A stretch of DNA of 63,050 bases, counting the filler, from Polymyxa betae A26-41 (taxonomy: Eukaryota; Protista; Endomyxa: Phytomyxea): the NCBI GenBank assembly GCA_003693705.1. It is 5 parts of 5 records of this genome, joined end to end, with 100 filler letters (N's around TTAATTAATTAA, not from the genome) between each part and the next. Parts side by side here need not be neighbours in the genome. Positions count along the whole stretch, not along the records: positions 34,767 to 51,459 come from RBZT01000752.1; positions 51,560 to 63,050 come from RBZT01000758.1; 3 more parts are not named here. One strand, written 5' to 3'. Position numbers and translations under genes: made by a program. The notes beneath the pieces are model-generated. The model worked only from the letters and a program-made list of their open reading frames with translations. It was not told the DNA's origin and searched no databases. Every line of letters starts with the position of its first letter. Position 1 is the stretch's first letter. Positions 50,541-63,050 of the stretch are shown piece after piece.

Positions 50541-51459
50541 TCATGCTGGTTTATCAAAGACGCTCTCTGTATATCCTGTATATAGAGATAACATCCAATG
50601 GCAAAGAATATCCCATCCAAAACCAAAACACCCGACGTTATCTACACAAGCTAACTGCCCTCATATCTCATAAATAGGTCATTGTCTTTCAAAGGTATGC
50701 TTATTTTGTTATCCTGCTGGTTACACAAAATCGCTATTCAGCGCTTGGCGATCTTATCTTTGTAGTCATCGCCTAGCTGATCTGACGATTAGACGTCAAC
50801 AGTCAAATTATAACAAGTACTTCGAGCTGAGAGCTTGGAAACTCTTCGGGTGGTCATCTGCTTGCATCGCTTCCAATAGGAGGATTTGGTGTGATCTAAG
50901 CAATAGCTCGATTAGAGCCAACGACGCTCGAAGTGCTTTGTCATTGACTAGACATCGTCCTTGTAATTTCGCCCTGAGATCAAGTTGCGTCAATCTGTGC
51001 TACACACCGGTTGTTTGGCGAGCCAGTACGTTCGCTCGACTCGCCGATTTACAGTTGGCAATCCAACCGCTTTGCTCAAAGGTTTTGAGACCTTTGTACC
51101 TGTCAAATTGTAGACCGATAGTGACCTTCCAACCTTCCTTTCATATGCGGAAAATCAACAACGTTTCATGCAAAAATCACCTAAAAGTCTCCCACGTGTT
51201 TTAACGCTTTCATCGAACGAATTTGTTACGTACGACAACAACTCTCTCTTTCCCTCTTCCTCTCATCTGGCTCATTTTAGTCCTGTTCATCGTCTGATGG
51301 TTAATCGCTTATCGAACATCTTCAGTTCCGGGCAGTCCCGTGATGCCCACGACAACGACACCTTCGAGCCATGAACATTTCTGTGCAACGGTTGATTGCG
51401 GGAGTCCACAGAAAACGGGCAGCAACCACGAGCATTGTAATTGTATTGCAGACCATGGA

Positions 51460-51559
51460 NNNNNNNNNNNNNNNNNNNNNNNNNNNNNNNNNNNNNNNNN
51501 NNNTTAATTAATTAANNNNNNNNNNNNNNNNNNNNNNNNNNNNNNNNNNNNNNNNNNNN
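51460..51559. other. Artificial contig spacer
   Basis: N44-TTAATTAATTAA-N44. Confidence 0.97.
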
Positions 51560-51764
51560 ATTGTTACAGTCAGGCTGCGCTCTCTGTTGCATTTAGTTCA
51601 TCACTGTTACTTTTTGCTATACAAATATGTGATCCCATCAAGTCCCGTATATCAGCAATATTGGCCATCGCTTATTTCGGCCTTGTTATGTTCAGAGCTG
51701 TCATTACGACCCTACTGAAGGAATCCTCTCTATAAACTGTCAGTAACCTTTTTTAAACTTTCAG

Positions 51765-53100
51765 ATGAATCAATACGGAATGTTTCTCCCTCCTCGTTCG
51801 GCTTGGCTTGTTCTGATGTTGAAATCTGTTATCTTAATCAGGTATCAAACCGAAATCTCCGAAACTCCCAACTTCGTGGCGAAATCATTTCAGCTCAAAT
51901 GCCATCCCTCAGCCATTTTTATACTTCAAATAGTTATTGACAACATCAGCCAGACTTCCAAATTTTCCGCTATTCAAAAGTTTTTTATTTTGATGAAAGG
52001 CAAGTTCGAGCATATGGCCCAAAAGGCTGTAGTAGCCACAGCTGTATCTGTTTGGAGTTTCTGGACTGATATCACTTGCGGATTGTAACAGTAAGTTACG
52101 AGCTCATAGAGATGCTGCTCGCATGCTATCAACTGGGTCTGTATGTATTGTTATCAGCCAGTGGGCAAAATCTTTTAATTGTTGCTTTTTCCTCAACGGA
52201 GTCATGTACAGCCAGAGTGCTTGAGCTTTCCTTTTGCGGCCATCATATTTGGTGCTCTTATGAAAGTCTAAGCTAAATGAATATAGAATGAAAAGGGAGA
52301 GGTTGGTGTAGGCGATGAAAGGAAAATTTGTATCATCATCGCTGATAAAGCTGCTAAATCAGGCCTTTTTAGAGGTGAGGAGCATTCTTTTTACCTAAGC
52401 TTGCTCAGTTGATGTAAAGAAAGAGCTTGAGAAAGGCCACTCGTACTGTAACGGAAATTGCAGCTAAACTGAAATGATCGAATCTGCAATTTTCATCAGT
52501 CCTTTCTGGTTTTGATTGAAAAGTTTTGGTGAAAAGCTGAAAAGGGACCACATCCAGAGTGACTACAATAACAAGGGGACCTACTCGAAATCTCTTATTG
52601 CTTATCGACGAAACCATCTCAAGAATAGGCGCTTCGATAAAGAGCTCGGCACTTGACACTGCTGTCGGTCAGTTGCCGGGTAAAACCCGAGTTAGCTAAC
52701 GAAATCAAGAGAGTTTGTGATACTGACAGCTCCAGCGAGCAAATATGCATCAAAGTTACTTTCAGACAGCAGACATTTCTGGACAAAATGCGATGATCGA
52801 ATGTGCTTGAACCTGGGATCTTACAATGGACAGCTTCGACGAGTAAATATGAGGAACGTGTTGGCAAAAGTTAATAAACTTGAAGCCCTTTTTGTTAGCT
52901 CGAAAAAGGTAGAGTCCCTCAAGCGCCCTAACAAGGTCTAATGAAGCCTTTTTCCAAGAAAATGCGATTCGCCTATAGATCTGGACACAGGAAATGAGCC
53001 GTTTATCGGCAACATTACATACAACTGGCTGATGCCAAGATGCCCATGCTAAGAAACCGACTCTGTCTAATTGCAGGCGTCGATTTGAAAGAGAGCTCTC
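51765..53100 (+). pseudogene. Heavily decayed tyrosine recombinase, DUF3435/Crypton-like (tentative)
   Basis: Ordered fragments KAVVAT, YQLGLYVLLSASG, ICIIIADKAAK, LKPF..RK, SGHRK*AVYRQHYI. Confidence 0.35.
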
Positions 53101-53932
53101 GAACAGATATCCACTTTCCAGGATTTTACCGAAAGCTGGCTGTCCTCCCAAAAATTTTCCGAATCCTTAACATGACAGCCTTTAATGCTTAACGTTAGAA
53201 CATGCAAGAGCATCAATAACGACCATTGATTCTGTTGGCGGCGAATTCTTCTGTCTCTGACAAAACTTGACATTTGTGCGGCGTTTCAGCATAGGCAGAT
53301 CACTGTTAATAACAGATGCTGCTCCGCACTAATTCAACAACCGANNTTGATCTTTATTTCATCAACTTTACTACTTTTGAAAAAAATAGCACTTTTTTTT
53401 CAATTTCTACTTTTTATGTTTCAGCAACAAACGGGACACCAACATTCCAGTGTCGATTTCCAACCAAACATCACTCCATTGATCACGAAGAGGAGAACCA
53501 CGAGAGCAGCAACGACACCAACGATCCACCAGAAGATAGCGACGACGAGGTCACCGGCGGCCATCACCTGCGACACCGTCGCATAGGGCGTACTGGCCAC
53601 CGACGCCGGACTTGTCTCCAGACGATCGACGGCGATCGTCCTCCCTCTGTAACAAGGCAGAAATCAGCGCCGATTGTATCGAGTTCGTCGGGATGTACAG
53701 AGCCGGGACGACCTGCGTCTGCAGCAGCAGCAGAGCCAGTACGGCGGCGCCTACTCTGAAGACGACCACGAAGCGATGCATGACGGGAGCTTGTTGGGAG
53801 GCGAGATGTAACAGAGAGAATGCCGAAAGGTTACTTGACGAGATTAGTGCGTGCGTGAGGCAAACGCACTTCGACGAATCCGCTCAACTGTGCTCTACGA
53901 GCACCCAGATTTAGTCCGTGAACACTCCTGGC

Positions 53933-54520
53933 CTAGGGCTCGCTCCATTTGCTATTATCGACACTGCTTATGATGATGTTGAAAAGCTCTGTCAAACGCT
54001 CTTCAGAATTTGGCTCTGTGCTGTTCTGAGGTTGGTAAAGAGTGCATAAAGATTTGGCAAGCGAATCCGATGCAATATAGCAAGATTTACTAACAGAGAG
54101 ATAACGAGGTTGGGATGTCATTCTCATAACTCATCAAAGATTTGGTGGAGTGATAAAATACAGGTCCGTTGTCAAACTCCTTACGATAATCGTGGTCTAT
54201 TTGATGATGTATTTTCTCTGTGTCGATTTAAGTGATATGGTGAAGTTCCCAGTCGGAATCCACTTCGATCTTCGCGATATCGTGAACAAACTTCCAGCAA
54301 ATAAATTATGGGAGTGTCCCAGATATCCAGATATTACTCCAAATGAAATGGAAACTATCTCAGTATAGTGACAGCGATTAATGACTTGAAAAGCATTATC
54401 AGTCACCAGAGCACGTCTTACAGTTTAGATCGTGACGTTCAGAGATGTCCTTGAGTGCTATTTCCATTTTATTTGGAAGAATATCTGGATATGGGGGAGG
54501 AGCTCGGCAGCTAGCAGACG
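53933..54520 (-). mobile_element. Decayed hAT transposase fragment
   Basis: ALVTDNA, GHSHNLFA (CxxH-like position), QPRYLS (TRW-like position). Confidence 0.35.
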
Positions 54521-55809
54521 ATTCGCACAGAACAGGTCTGTAGATCTGCATTAGATCAGGCTGCTGCTGTTATGATCTATTCCCATAACTGGGATAATCA
54601 GCCATAATCGCAATCCTTCTGCTATGAATACATGAAGTTGAAGATGGCCAGAGGGGCAGCATTCCTGGCCAATCACTTATCTAAATGGGTTGGAGGGAAA
54701 TCTCTCCAATTCTACACAGACCAGTTTCCTAGCCAATGCGAAATCTAGATCAATCATGGCAAGAATGTGATTTGACGCGAACATTGTATTGATTTTATCC
54801 AGCTAGGGTCAAACCCGGATTAATGGTGACGGTACGACAGCTGCACCCGGCCATCTCCAGGACTATCAGGTAGGGGTTTGCTATGCTTCGGTACAGCTTT
54901 CCTTATCAAAAGCACAGCGCGATAGGGACGTCAACCAGCGCAAATTATCTCGCCATATATGACCCTAGGGTTTTAGGGTTTGCAGTTCCTGGGTTGGTCA
55001 AAGAACGGCGTACAAGTCATTGCTTTTAAAGCAATATTTTCAGATAGGCTACAACGGACCCTAAAACTCAACAGAGACGGAAAAACGTTACCAACGAGTT
55101 CGTTACAGCACAGCAAAGTCATATATTGGGAGTATCAGAATCAATTATAACATTTGGACAGTAAACGGCGGCCTAAAGCGAATAAGCCATAGATAGAGAA
55201 GAATGCGGCGGCTGCAGTCGAGAATCCCGTTCTGGTTGCGTTACAGGCCCAGAGCGCGTAGAAGATCTGTCCGATGCCCAGTGCCAGTGGAAACCCAGCC
55301 TGAGTCATCTCATACAGGTTCTGGCTGCGGACTGTTCCCCATTCCGAGACCGGAATAACGTGAAGAGGAAGGGTGGCGAACAGTGACGCCGCCCCAAACC
55401 ACCTAACGTAACGAAATATGACTAGGGTTAGGTCAAATATGTAACATTAACACACCATAGACCCTTTGGGACACAACTTCCGGGATCAGAGACCGAGACG
55501 ACCACATAGATCAGCAGGAACAGAAGCGTAAACGAGGCCATCGCATAATTCCGGTTGCTGGGCGATGCCCCTAGGGTAACGTAAGCACCAGTGGAGAAAC
55601 GTGTACGACCCAAAGTGTATCTACTGACATGAGCCCGTACTGATCGACGATAGGGCGCTCTCCGGGGTCTTTACATCGGCGTATTCGCGCCAGGCGTTGG
55701 CAGGAGCATGGGAGCGCGGCCCCGCTTCCAAATCTATCCAGAAAACGTTACCGAATCGGGTAAGGTGTGGTTTTTCGTTTCACGCTACCTAGTGGGACTG
55801 TATCGAACT

Positions 55810-55960
55810 CCGACTTGTCATAAGACGATGCACTTCCGCGACTTTTGTCGTACGATGACCCGCGGCTTTTGTCGTACGACATTGGACTACTGCGGCTTTT
55901 GTCGTGAGACGTTGGATTACCGCGGCTTCTGTCGTACGACGATGGACTTCCGCGGCTGTT
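55810..55960 (-). repeat. 30-bp tandem repeat (~5 copies) encoding SYDKSRGxPx on the minus strand
   Basis: CCGCGGCTTTTGTCGTACGACATTGGACTA variants; one 24-bp unit keeps the frame. Confidence 0.88.
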
Positions 55961-56586
55961 ACCGCTCTCAGCCTCCATACTAGCGCCTGAGCGTCATCAG
56001 CACTGGCGGGTCACGTAGCCACAAGGTGGTAGCAAACCATGGGCAGCGGTCGCCAATAGGCTCAGAAGGCAGATCGCTGCGATCATGACCGAAGCCAGCC
56101 TGAGACCGGGCCGATAGAGTATGATAAGGAGAGAGGTGGGCCCTTGGGAGACCCCATTTGGGGGCGAACGCAGCCTGCCCTTGCCCGCCGTGCCGTCCTG
56201 CTATGAGGAAGGGCGACCTGAGCGGAGGCCGGCGCACAGTGTTAAGTTCGGAGGCCGCGCCCTTGGTGCTTGGCCTCCTCCTGCAAGGGTTTGCTTTACA
56301 CTTAACAGTGTTCCTCTTTGCGAGTTTTGGAATTACGATTCCGGTTGTCATTTAGTCACGCTTCCTATAACGTAATTTCAGGCGGTTTGGCCGGACTGTG
56401 GATGTCGTCAGTTTCCCATTTCATTTTCCCACTGATTCAGGGAAGGTCCGGGATCGGCAAACAGCCCAGCTGTTTGTGGGTACGGTCAGACTGTATACAC
56501 TCTCTTCATTGCCTGTTTCCAGTCAAGGATGGCGCTGGAAACCTGTAACATAATTCAAAATTTCAGACTGAGGTCTCCGTGGCAAG

Positions 56587-57031
56587 AGGTGTCCAAAGTT
56601 CGGTTAACGGTTATCCGGTTCATCCGCATGGTCCAACTGGTTAACCGGCTCAATTGACCGGATAACCTCGGTTCATCGGTTCGGTTAATTAACCGGTTTA
56701 CCATTGGAGTTTCTAAAGTCAAAAATAAACTAACCAAACTTTGTTTTATTATTTCCTTGAAATTTCCAAGCAGGCGATTCCATGAACGGACTTTCATCAT
56801 AGTGGATATATCTTCTTCTGAGAGTGAGCTACGTTCTGCACTGACGGAATCTCCACTATTAAGAAAAGCTGATTCCGAAGCGGCCGTTGATCCCGTTATC
56901 ATTAACAAGTCCTGGGCCAAAAGACTCAGCTTGCGGGAACGTCCGGATTGCTGTTTCCACTTTTTGAAGTTTGGAGAAAACCACGAACTGGTTAAGTTAA
57001 CCGATTATTTGAACCGAATTTTGGGCACCCC
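56587..57031 (-). mobile_element. Short non-autonomous hAT element retaining the dimerisation domain
   Basis: WKQQ..LSLLAQDLLMITGSTAASESAF..RSSLSEEDISTMMKVRSW. Imperfect TIR GGTG(T/C)CCAAA(G/A)TTCGGTT. AACCG/CGGTT subterminal arrays. Confidence 0.75.
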
Positions 57032-59749
57032 AAACAGCCACCTCCATCTCTACCTGCGGACCCATTTCCGGAGCATGATTATACTTTTATCACGTTACCC
57101 ACGATGACCAACACATTCAGGGATCTCCATTATGTTACAAATTACGCTCGACCGATGGCCGGATTTGGTCAATCCTGGCTGTATTGATTCGACTGACGTT
57201 ACTGTAAGATGATTCGCAAATAGAGTAATGTTACATTGTTTATCAGACTAAGAGAGGGATCGCGTCGCTTCATCCCGCATAACAAACTGTAAAATGCATT
57301 CAGCTTTGCGATTTAATGCTTTCATAATCAGTTAGGGTTTGGGGTTTCATACTACTTGTGAGTTTTCGACTTGCAGCTTCAAGTAACATATGTGACAAAC
57401 CACGCCTTTTCCTGAGATTCAGGAATGTGAATCTGTGACAAGACTCGGAGGCAAGATGTGATCGGACGAGCTGTATTGAATTGAGAATGAATACAAAAGG
57501 CTCGTTCTGAACAGGACCCGGAAGATGGGCTTGACCTCGTCCACGAACGCAGGGTGGCCCGCGAGCGAGGCTGCGCTGGTCCGGAAGATATGGAGGCCGC
57601 GACAATTATCCAATTCAGAGCATCAGTATGCCAGCTGTGCCATACCATAATCAAGCCCACGGCCCCAAAGATTACAGCAGCCCAGGAGCCCAAGTCATTT
57701 ATGTCCACAGTGGCCGATATCCACCCATGTCATCAATACATACTGTGGCTAAAGCCCTAAACCCTCGCCATACTCGCGATTGTCGCTGTCTCATGCTTCC
57801 ATTTCCTGATAAAACACGGGCTTTTTCGCTTCTCAAACCCTAAGTGTGAAGTGGAGGAAAACTGACAGGAAAATGGCACCAAAAAATCCCACACTCGATC
57901 GCAGTTGGAAGATACCTGGCAAGCGTGCACGCAGTGGCCAGTACGTCGAGGAAGGCTGCGCCCTCAGGAACTTCGTCGCATCCCACAATCCGATTCGTTT
58001 CCCACCATGGTCGCCGTCGACCTTTGCTGTTACATCCTCGTACTGGTGCTGGCCAGCGGCCTCGCCGCCCATGGTCCGTGAAACGTTTCTGGAAACGTTA
58101 CTCTGTGTGACCCTGCCTGAAATCAGATATCACGCAGACCTTCGCCCAGCGAATCGAAATCGATGAAATCGACCTGGAGGCGGATCGGGCCAGTATTCCG
58201 GGCCACGTCTGTCCCGAGCCGATGCCATCAAGTTGGCTGACATCGTTGCTCTGTAACAGGATTTGGGCTCTGATGTTACTGTCCCTTAGGCCTGTCCGCC
58301 ACGGTCTTAAATCATGTGTTCGTCCTAATGACGATCTGGTTCTCGTCCTCGTATCTCTATCTAACAACCTGCACACGCCTCGCTGGTTGCGTTACATATT
58401 TCCAATGGTTTGTAACACAGGACTTCAAGTTTCGATTTGGCCCTGTGAAACTCTTTCGATTTTGGCAATGCTCTCAATCATTACGTTTTACGTTTCCAAC
58501 TCTGTAACGCAGCTGTTCTGTTACCAGAGCCGCTACATTGGTAACGGTTCAATATAGGGGAATGGCGTGTCTAGCCGCTATAGCCTGTTCACCATTATTC
58601 GGCGTCCGAGAGCAGCCCTCCGGGTCGTACAGTAGCCGGTTGTGGTTGCAGGTCTCCAAGGCCCTGTTGCCGTGCGTCCTCGGACTGGCTCAGACGATAT
58701 TGCCGGTGGCGTCCTGCGACGACAGCTTGACGAAGATATCGGCCGTTTTGGCGGTCTTTTTATTCGGCACCTCTGCTTATAAGCTCGCTCGGCTTAACGT
58801 CCAGTTTTAAATAAAATATACAGTAATATAGCTTTCTTCATATCCTTGTCCCTGATTCAGACTCAGGACTGTAATTAATAAATTGTTGCACTTAAAAAAC
58901 TTTTCAATGATGCGAAAATTAAGATAAAATGTGTCAAGATGACGGATGTTTTCTATAACAAGAGGAATGTACGCTGGGTAGCCATGGGAGAAGTCATCAG
59001 AGTTAAATGGTAGAGGGTTCCCGTCTTAGAAATCATCACCGTTTTCGTGCCGTCGATAACGCCCTGCGAATCACGTGCCTTTACCAAAACCTCTAAGTTC
59101 AGTCCTTTCGTTACAATTGTATTCCATTAAATCACTCTTTCTGTGACATAGACTTCTATCAAGCCTACACTGGACATCATCAATCCATTCGTCGCAGCGA
59201 TACAGAGCTGCAGTGCAATGCTTTTTATTTATCTGTGCAAAGTTCGACGAGATATGTCGATGTTACATTGGATGCGAAGGCCTTATACAGTCTCTGTATT
59301 GCTATGTTTGGCTTCCAGCTCGCACTTGTCGAACTCCAGAATCTGTTGGTCCGGCGTGCTGTTGACCGCTGACTGCAAAGTTAAGTTTGACGACAACCTT
59401 TCATGAAACTACGAGGGACAAATACTAACTAAATGTGAATGTTATGCAAAACACATGAATGCGTATCACCTAGTTGGCGGTTGTTAAATTCCCAACCAGA
59501 GAGATTTGGTGAATGTAGACACACCGTGGGGGATGTAATATTGATCATCGCAGCCTTAAAAGTGCCCAATTCCGTTCGCCTCCTCTGTGCAGGATTGCTG
59601 AAATCACAACTTGACAAGTGCGTGACTGTCAGATGAAAATTAACAGTCCGCTTTGTATTGAATCTGCAAACTAACTCTTGCAAGGGTCCGAATTAGTGAT
59701 TATAACCCTAGTGTACAATACTATGGGAATATGAAGCAAAAAGCGAAGT

Positions 59750-60800
59750 TTTATATAAACATAAAGACATGACTGAATTTTTGAGCTTCAATTATTGTTC
59801 GGACAATGTAAACAGCTGTGGATGTCGGTAATATCTGATAAATGAGGTTATCATTATCTCGGGCGATTTCAATGAGTTCCAATTTGTGTTTAAGCGGGAT
59901 ATTCTGATAGAACGAATATTGTATGAGAGCACGGAACTGATCTATGTACTAACTTGTCATGTATAATGTCAGTGTTGTAATAAGAGATCGAATGTCCCGG
60001 AGTATCACCGCAACAAATTCCGGACTTTCCAGAAACTCGAGAACATTGGCATCCGATCTGCAGCATAAAAGATCTTCAATAACATGCTTGATGCCGTAAT
60101 CCCATTTGGCGTCCACGAATTGAGAGATCGTCGGAATTTGCATCAGAGTCCGAGCCATATTGAAATGATGGTTAACAACGGCCCAATCCAACAACCTACA
60201 AGAACAGAGGCCAATATTTGGAACTGAGACTTCCAGCACTAAATTCACGATCCTGTGCATGAGCGGAAGCACGACCAGGTCCTCCAAGCACTCATTCGAT
60301 GCGTTCAACAACGGCATCAGCTTCGGGCGGTTGCGAAAGTCGATGGAACGAAGAGGTCGTACTGGCGCAGAGCCAGTACGACCTGCCCATCGTCCAGCGG
60401 ATGGGAATGTTTGGGGGAATTGAGCAGAAGATGACGGAGAGCATTGTGCCTGACCCCGTTCAAGGAGTAAAACGAATCTGGGTAACGGAGTTTGAAGAGG
60501 GTTTCCTCGTGAGTCTTACGAGCGTGATGATCCGGAGATGGATTGAAACACGTAACGAAGGATGGAATGCGACAGATGCGCTCCGATTGAGGCTCATCGT
60601 CCTCCTCGACCAAGAGATTTGCGTTATCCTCGACCCAGCGATCTAAAGCCTGAATAATATCATCCGGGATAAATTGGCGCGGAACATATTCAATGAGGTC
60701 GGAGAGTGCGAACTTCTCATCTCTGGAAAGAACTGCGTAGGCAGGCTTGCCACTACCGGTAGTGGCAAGAAAGCACCACCGGAGAGATCGGGTCACTCAT
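59750..60800 (-). pseudogene. Frameshifted protein with an ankyrin-like repeat
   Basis: Abutting ORFs 60317-60796 and 59949-60317; LLDWAVVNHHFNMARTLMQIP resembles one ankyrin repeat. Confidence 0.35.
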
Positions 60801-61173
60801 TGCGTGGGTCAATCTACGCAGTTTTTCCTGTCGCGATGTGGAAGGGCCGGCGTTTCGCACGAATAACGAAACGCAAAATGCGGTGCAGCCCGGGGGCCGT
60901 GAACTCGGCGAGTTTCCGTGATCCGAGATGAAACTGGATGCAGAGAAAGAGACGAGTTCTGTGTGTGATCGAATATATCGCGGTTGTGCTAATATCGGAA
61001 ATGCAGTATGACCTCGAATAGCGATGAAGGTGATGGATTCCCCCGTCGCCATTATTATTGTAGGGTTTCCCAGCACCACTTGGAGAACGGTCCGATGGTC
61101 CAGCATTCCCTTGATGAAACAGGCTAACTCGCTCCGTTCCACCATCTCCATCGGGATAGCCTTTGTTCAGACG

Positions 61174-61307
61174 AATCCGAAAAAAGTTTTTGTTTTTCCC
61201 GACACTTTTTGACGGAATTCGGCGCACTAGTTTCCGAATCACGATTCTGAAAAAAAAATGTTTTTCCCGGCACTTTTTGAGGGAATTCGGCGCACTTTTT
61301 CCGAATC
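61174..61307. repeat. ~67-bp tandem duplication between divergent ORFs
   Basis: TGTTTTTCCCG(A/G)CACTTTTTGA(C/G)GGAATTCGGCGCACT..TTTTCCGAATC twice. Confidence 0.85.
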
Positions 61308-61362
61308 CATTTCCCCGCGGTCAAGCAATTCCGAAGTCACTTTCGATCCGCTTTGACCAGTC

Positions 61363-61704
61363 ATGTCGATCTCCAGCATGGCTGCATCGCTTCTCTTGCT
61401 GGCTCTGGTCATGCTGGTCCCTCCTACGACGTTCGCCGACCCGGATCCAGCGCAGTCGTCCAGCACGGTCTCGGACCCCGAGACCCCACCACCATCGGCG
61501 TCCTGGCTGATCGTGCCCGTACTGGTCCTGGCGGAGCGATCGCGTCTGGCCACCGCCGTCAACGTGACGATTTGGTTCACGAGATATTGCGGCCGGCAGT
61601 TCGATCGGCTGTATCAGTTTCTGCGCGTTTATCGAGCCGGACAACGACGACCGGGCAACGAGCCCCCGATCGCCAACGATATCGCTGTTTTATGGGCCTT
61701 CTAA
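61363..61704 (+). CDS. Small secreted or membrane protein of unknown function
   Basis: MAASLLLLALVMLVPPTTFA signal-like segment, S/P/T linker and a second hydrophobic stretch; GC-rich codons. Confidence 0.45.
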   Translation: MSISSMAASLLLLALVMLVPPTTFADPDPAQSSSTVSDPETPPPSASWLIVPVLVLAERSRLATAVNVTIWFTRYCGRQFDRLYQFLRVYRAGQRRPGNEPPIANDIAVLWAF

Positions 61705-63050
61705 CTCGCTTTCTTCTATCTACAAGATCCTGCCAATAATCCAATTTGTCTCTGCTGATTGCCTTGTTTATTTGAAGTTCCATACTTTCATTAATAAAAG
61801 AAATCTGACATTGAATTTGATCGATGAGAATCAGTTCTCCGCACTTTTATAGCTACTTTTGAGTGTAGAATTCCAGTTCCGTCTTTCTAGCTGAAAATTC
61901 AGCTCGAACTCAGACATTCGATATTTTTCTGAGAGAAAATCTGTGTTTAGAGCTGGAAGGAAATCTGTAGACCGTGAAGTTTCCGCATTCTGCTCTTCAT
62001 TCCGCGACGACATCGATGCTCTGGTATCGGCCTCCAGGTAGTTTGCTGTAGCCGAGGCCCCTCTCTTCGATGCCGCGTATAACAACCCCAGATCCGATAC
62101 CATCCGGATATGAACCCTTTCCGGACTCGAGATCGGCCAGGTAGTTCTTCCTTCAAATTCGCATTTCCAGTCGGGTCTACTTTTTCGATATCTTCAACAC
62201 ATCGCACTTGATAGATTGAATCTGGATGCCGTTCGTTGTGGTTGTAGAGCGATGATTGGACTATAGCGAGCCTGGTGATGTCATCGATGACAGCATGGCG
62301 AACAGCTCGGACATTGACCGTCGCTGATGAAGCAGATCTGGACTGGACACGGAAACTAAGCCTCTGATTCCATTTTGTTGCAACCGTTCATGCCGATTTA
62401 GTTGGCAGGAAGAGAAATAGAGAGGCTTCCAGTGAAGTTGGCAGACAAATGATAAAGCTAAGTGAGAGCGAACTGAGTTTTGTGTAGATAAGGTTAGAGG
62501 AGAAATCAGAGAGGCGCGCTCCAGGTTGATAGAAATGATATTAGATAAGTCTCAGTTTTTTTGATAAAATATAACATAATGGAAAATATAAAAAAGCGGA
62601 TGGGCTGGTAGCGGGTCGGACGACGAATCGCTGGGAGAGGAGTTTTTCATACACTGCGCGGACGCAGCACAGGGCGACGATATCATGGATCAAGTCCGTG
62701 ACCGATTGTAATAGGCTGGTGGATTCGTCGGTCCGGTCATGCTGGGCCATGGCGCGGCGCTCATTCCGCGAACCGAAATTTTGGTTCTTGACGGCTATTT
62801 CACGATCTTGGCGACTACGATAGCTGGGAGGTGAGCCCATCCCGATCTCACGAACGGCGAAAGCGGACGAATTGTTAACTACGACAGCAATTTGGAAATT
62901 GCAATGATCATATAGACGGATGTCCCAACCCGAAGGAACAGCCGCTTCACCAGCCATTTGGAGATAACATTCGATAGCATAACCATCAAATTAGACGGCA
63001 TGTCTGAACAACAGTATTGAGAGTTTCCGTACACACCGCCCGTCGCTTCT

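Noticed and set aside
53050-53290. CDC45-like C-terminus (PLILLAANS..HLCGVS)
   Set aside because: Short resemblance only, many stops, no other CDC45 motifs.

Overview
Eukaryotic draft-genome DNA with short GT-AG introns, many transposons and a Pol III tRNA. It is five contigs joined by artificial 100-bp N44-TTAATTAATTAA-N44 spacers (9814-9913, 23006-23105, 34667-34766, 51460-51559), so adjacency across these spacers is not biological. A hevein/CBM18 protein, a Crinkler-type kinase, oomycete-like transposons and TTT(T)AGGG motifs suggest a protist parasite such as a plasmodiophorid. That assignment is inference; a chytrid or similar cannot be excluded. Host genes: a six-exon THNSL1-type kinase/threonine-synthase fusion, tRNA-Ser(AGA), a small acidic secreted protein, a secreted CBM18-linker-tyrosinase, a Sfi1-like protein, a class I-alpha DAHP synthase and unknown genes. 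Mobile DNA: a full-length Copia (301-bp LTRs, 6-bp TSD) inside a DD34E Tc1/IS630 transposase; a solo LTR of the same family inside a Harbinger MITE; a near-intact two-ORF PIF/Harbinger-group element with AAT TSD; a Gypsy chromovirus 3' half nested in a hAT end that disrupts a CRN-type kinase; and pogo, MULE, hAT and Harbinger remnants. Best novelty candidates: (1) a piggyBac-like transposase with a YqaJ/lambda-exonuclease plus SAP module inserted within its DDD core; (2) a decayed DUF3435/Starship-captain-like tyrosine recombinase; (3) the chitin-binding tyrosinase; (4) an intron built from tandem copies of its own splice acceptor. All domain calls are by-eye motif recognition; no searches were run.
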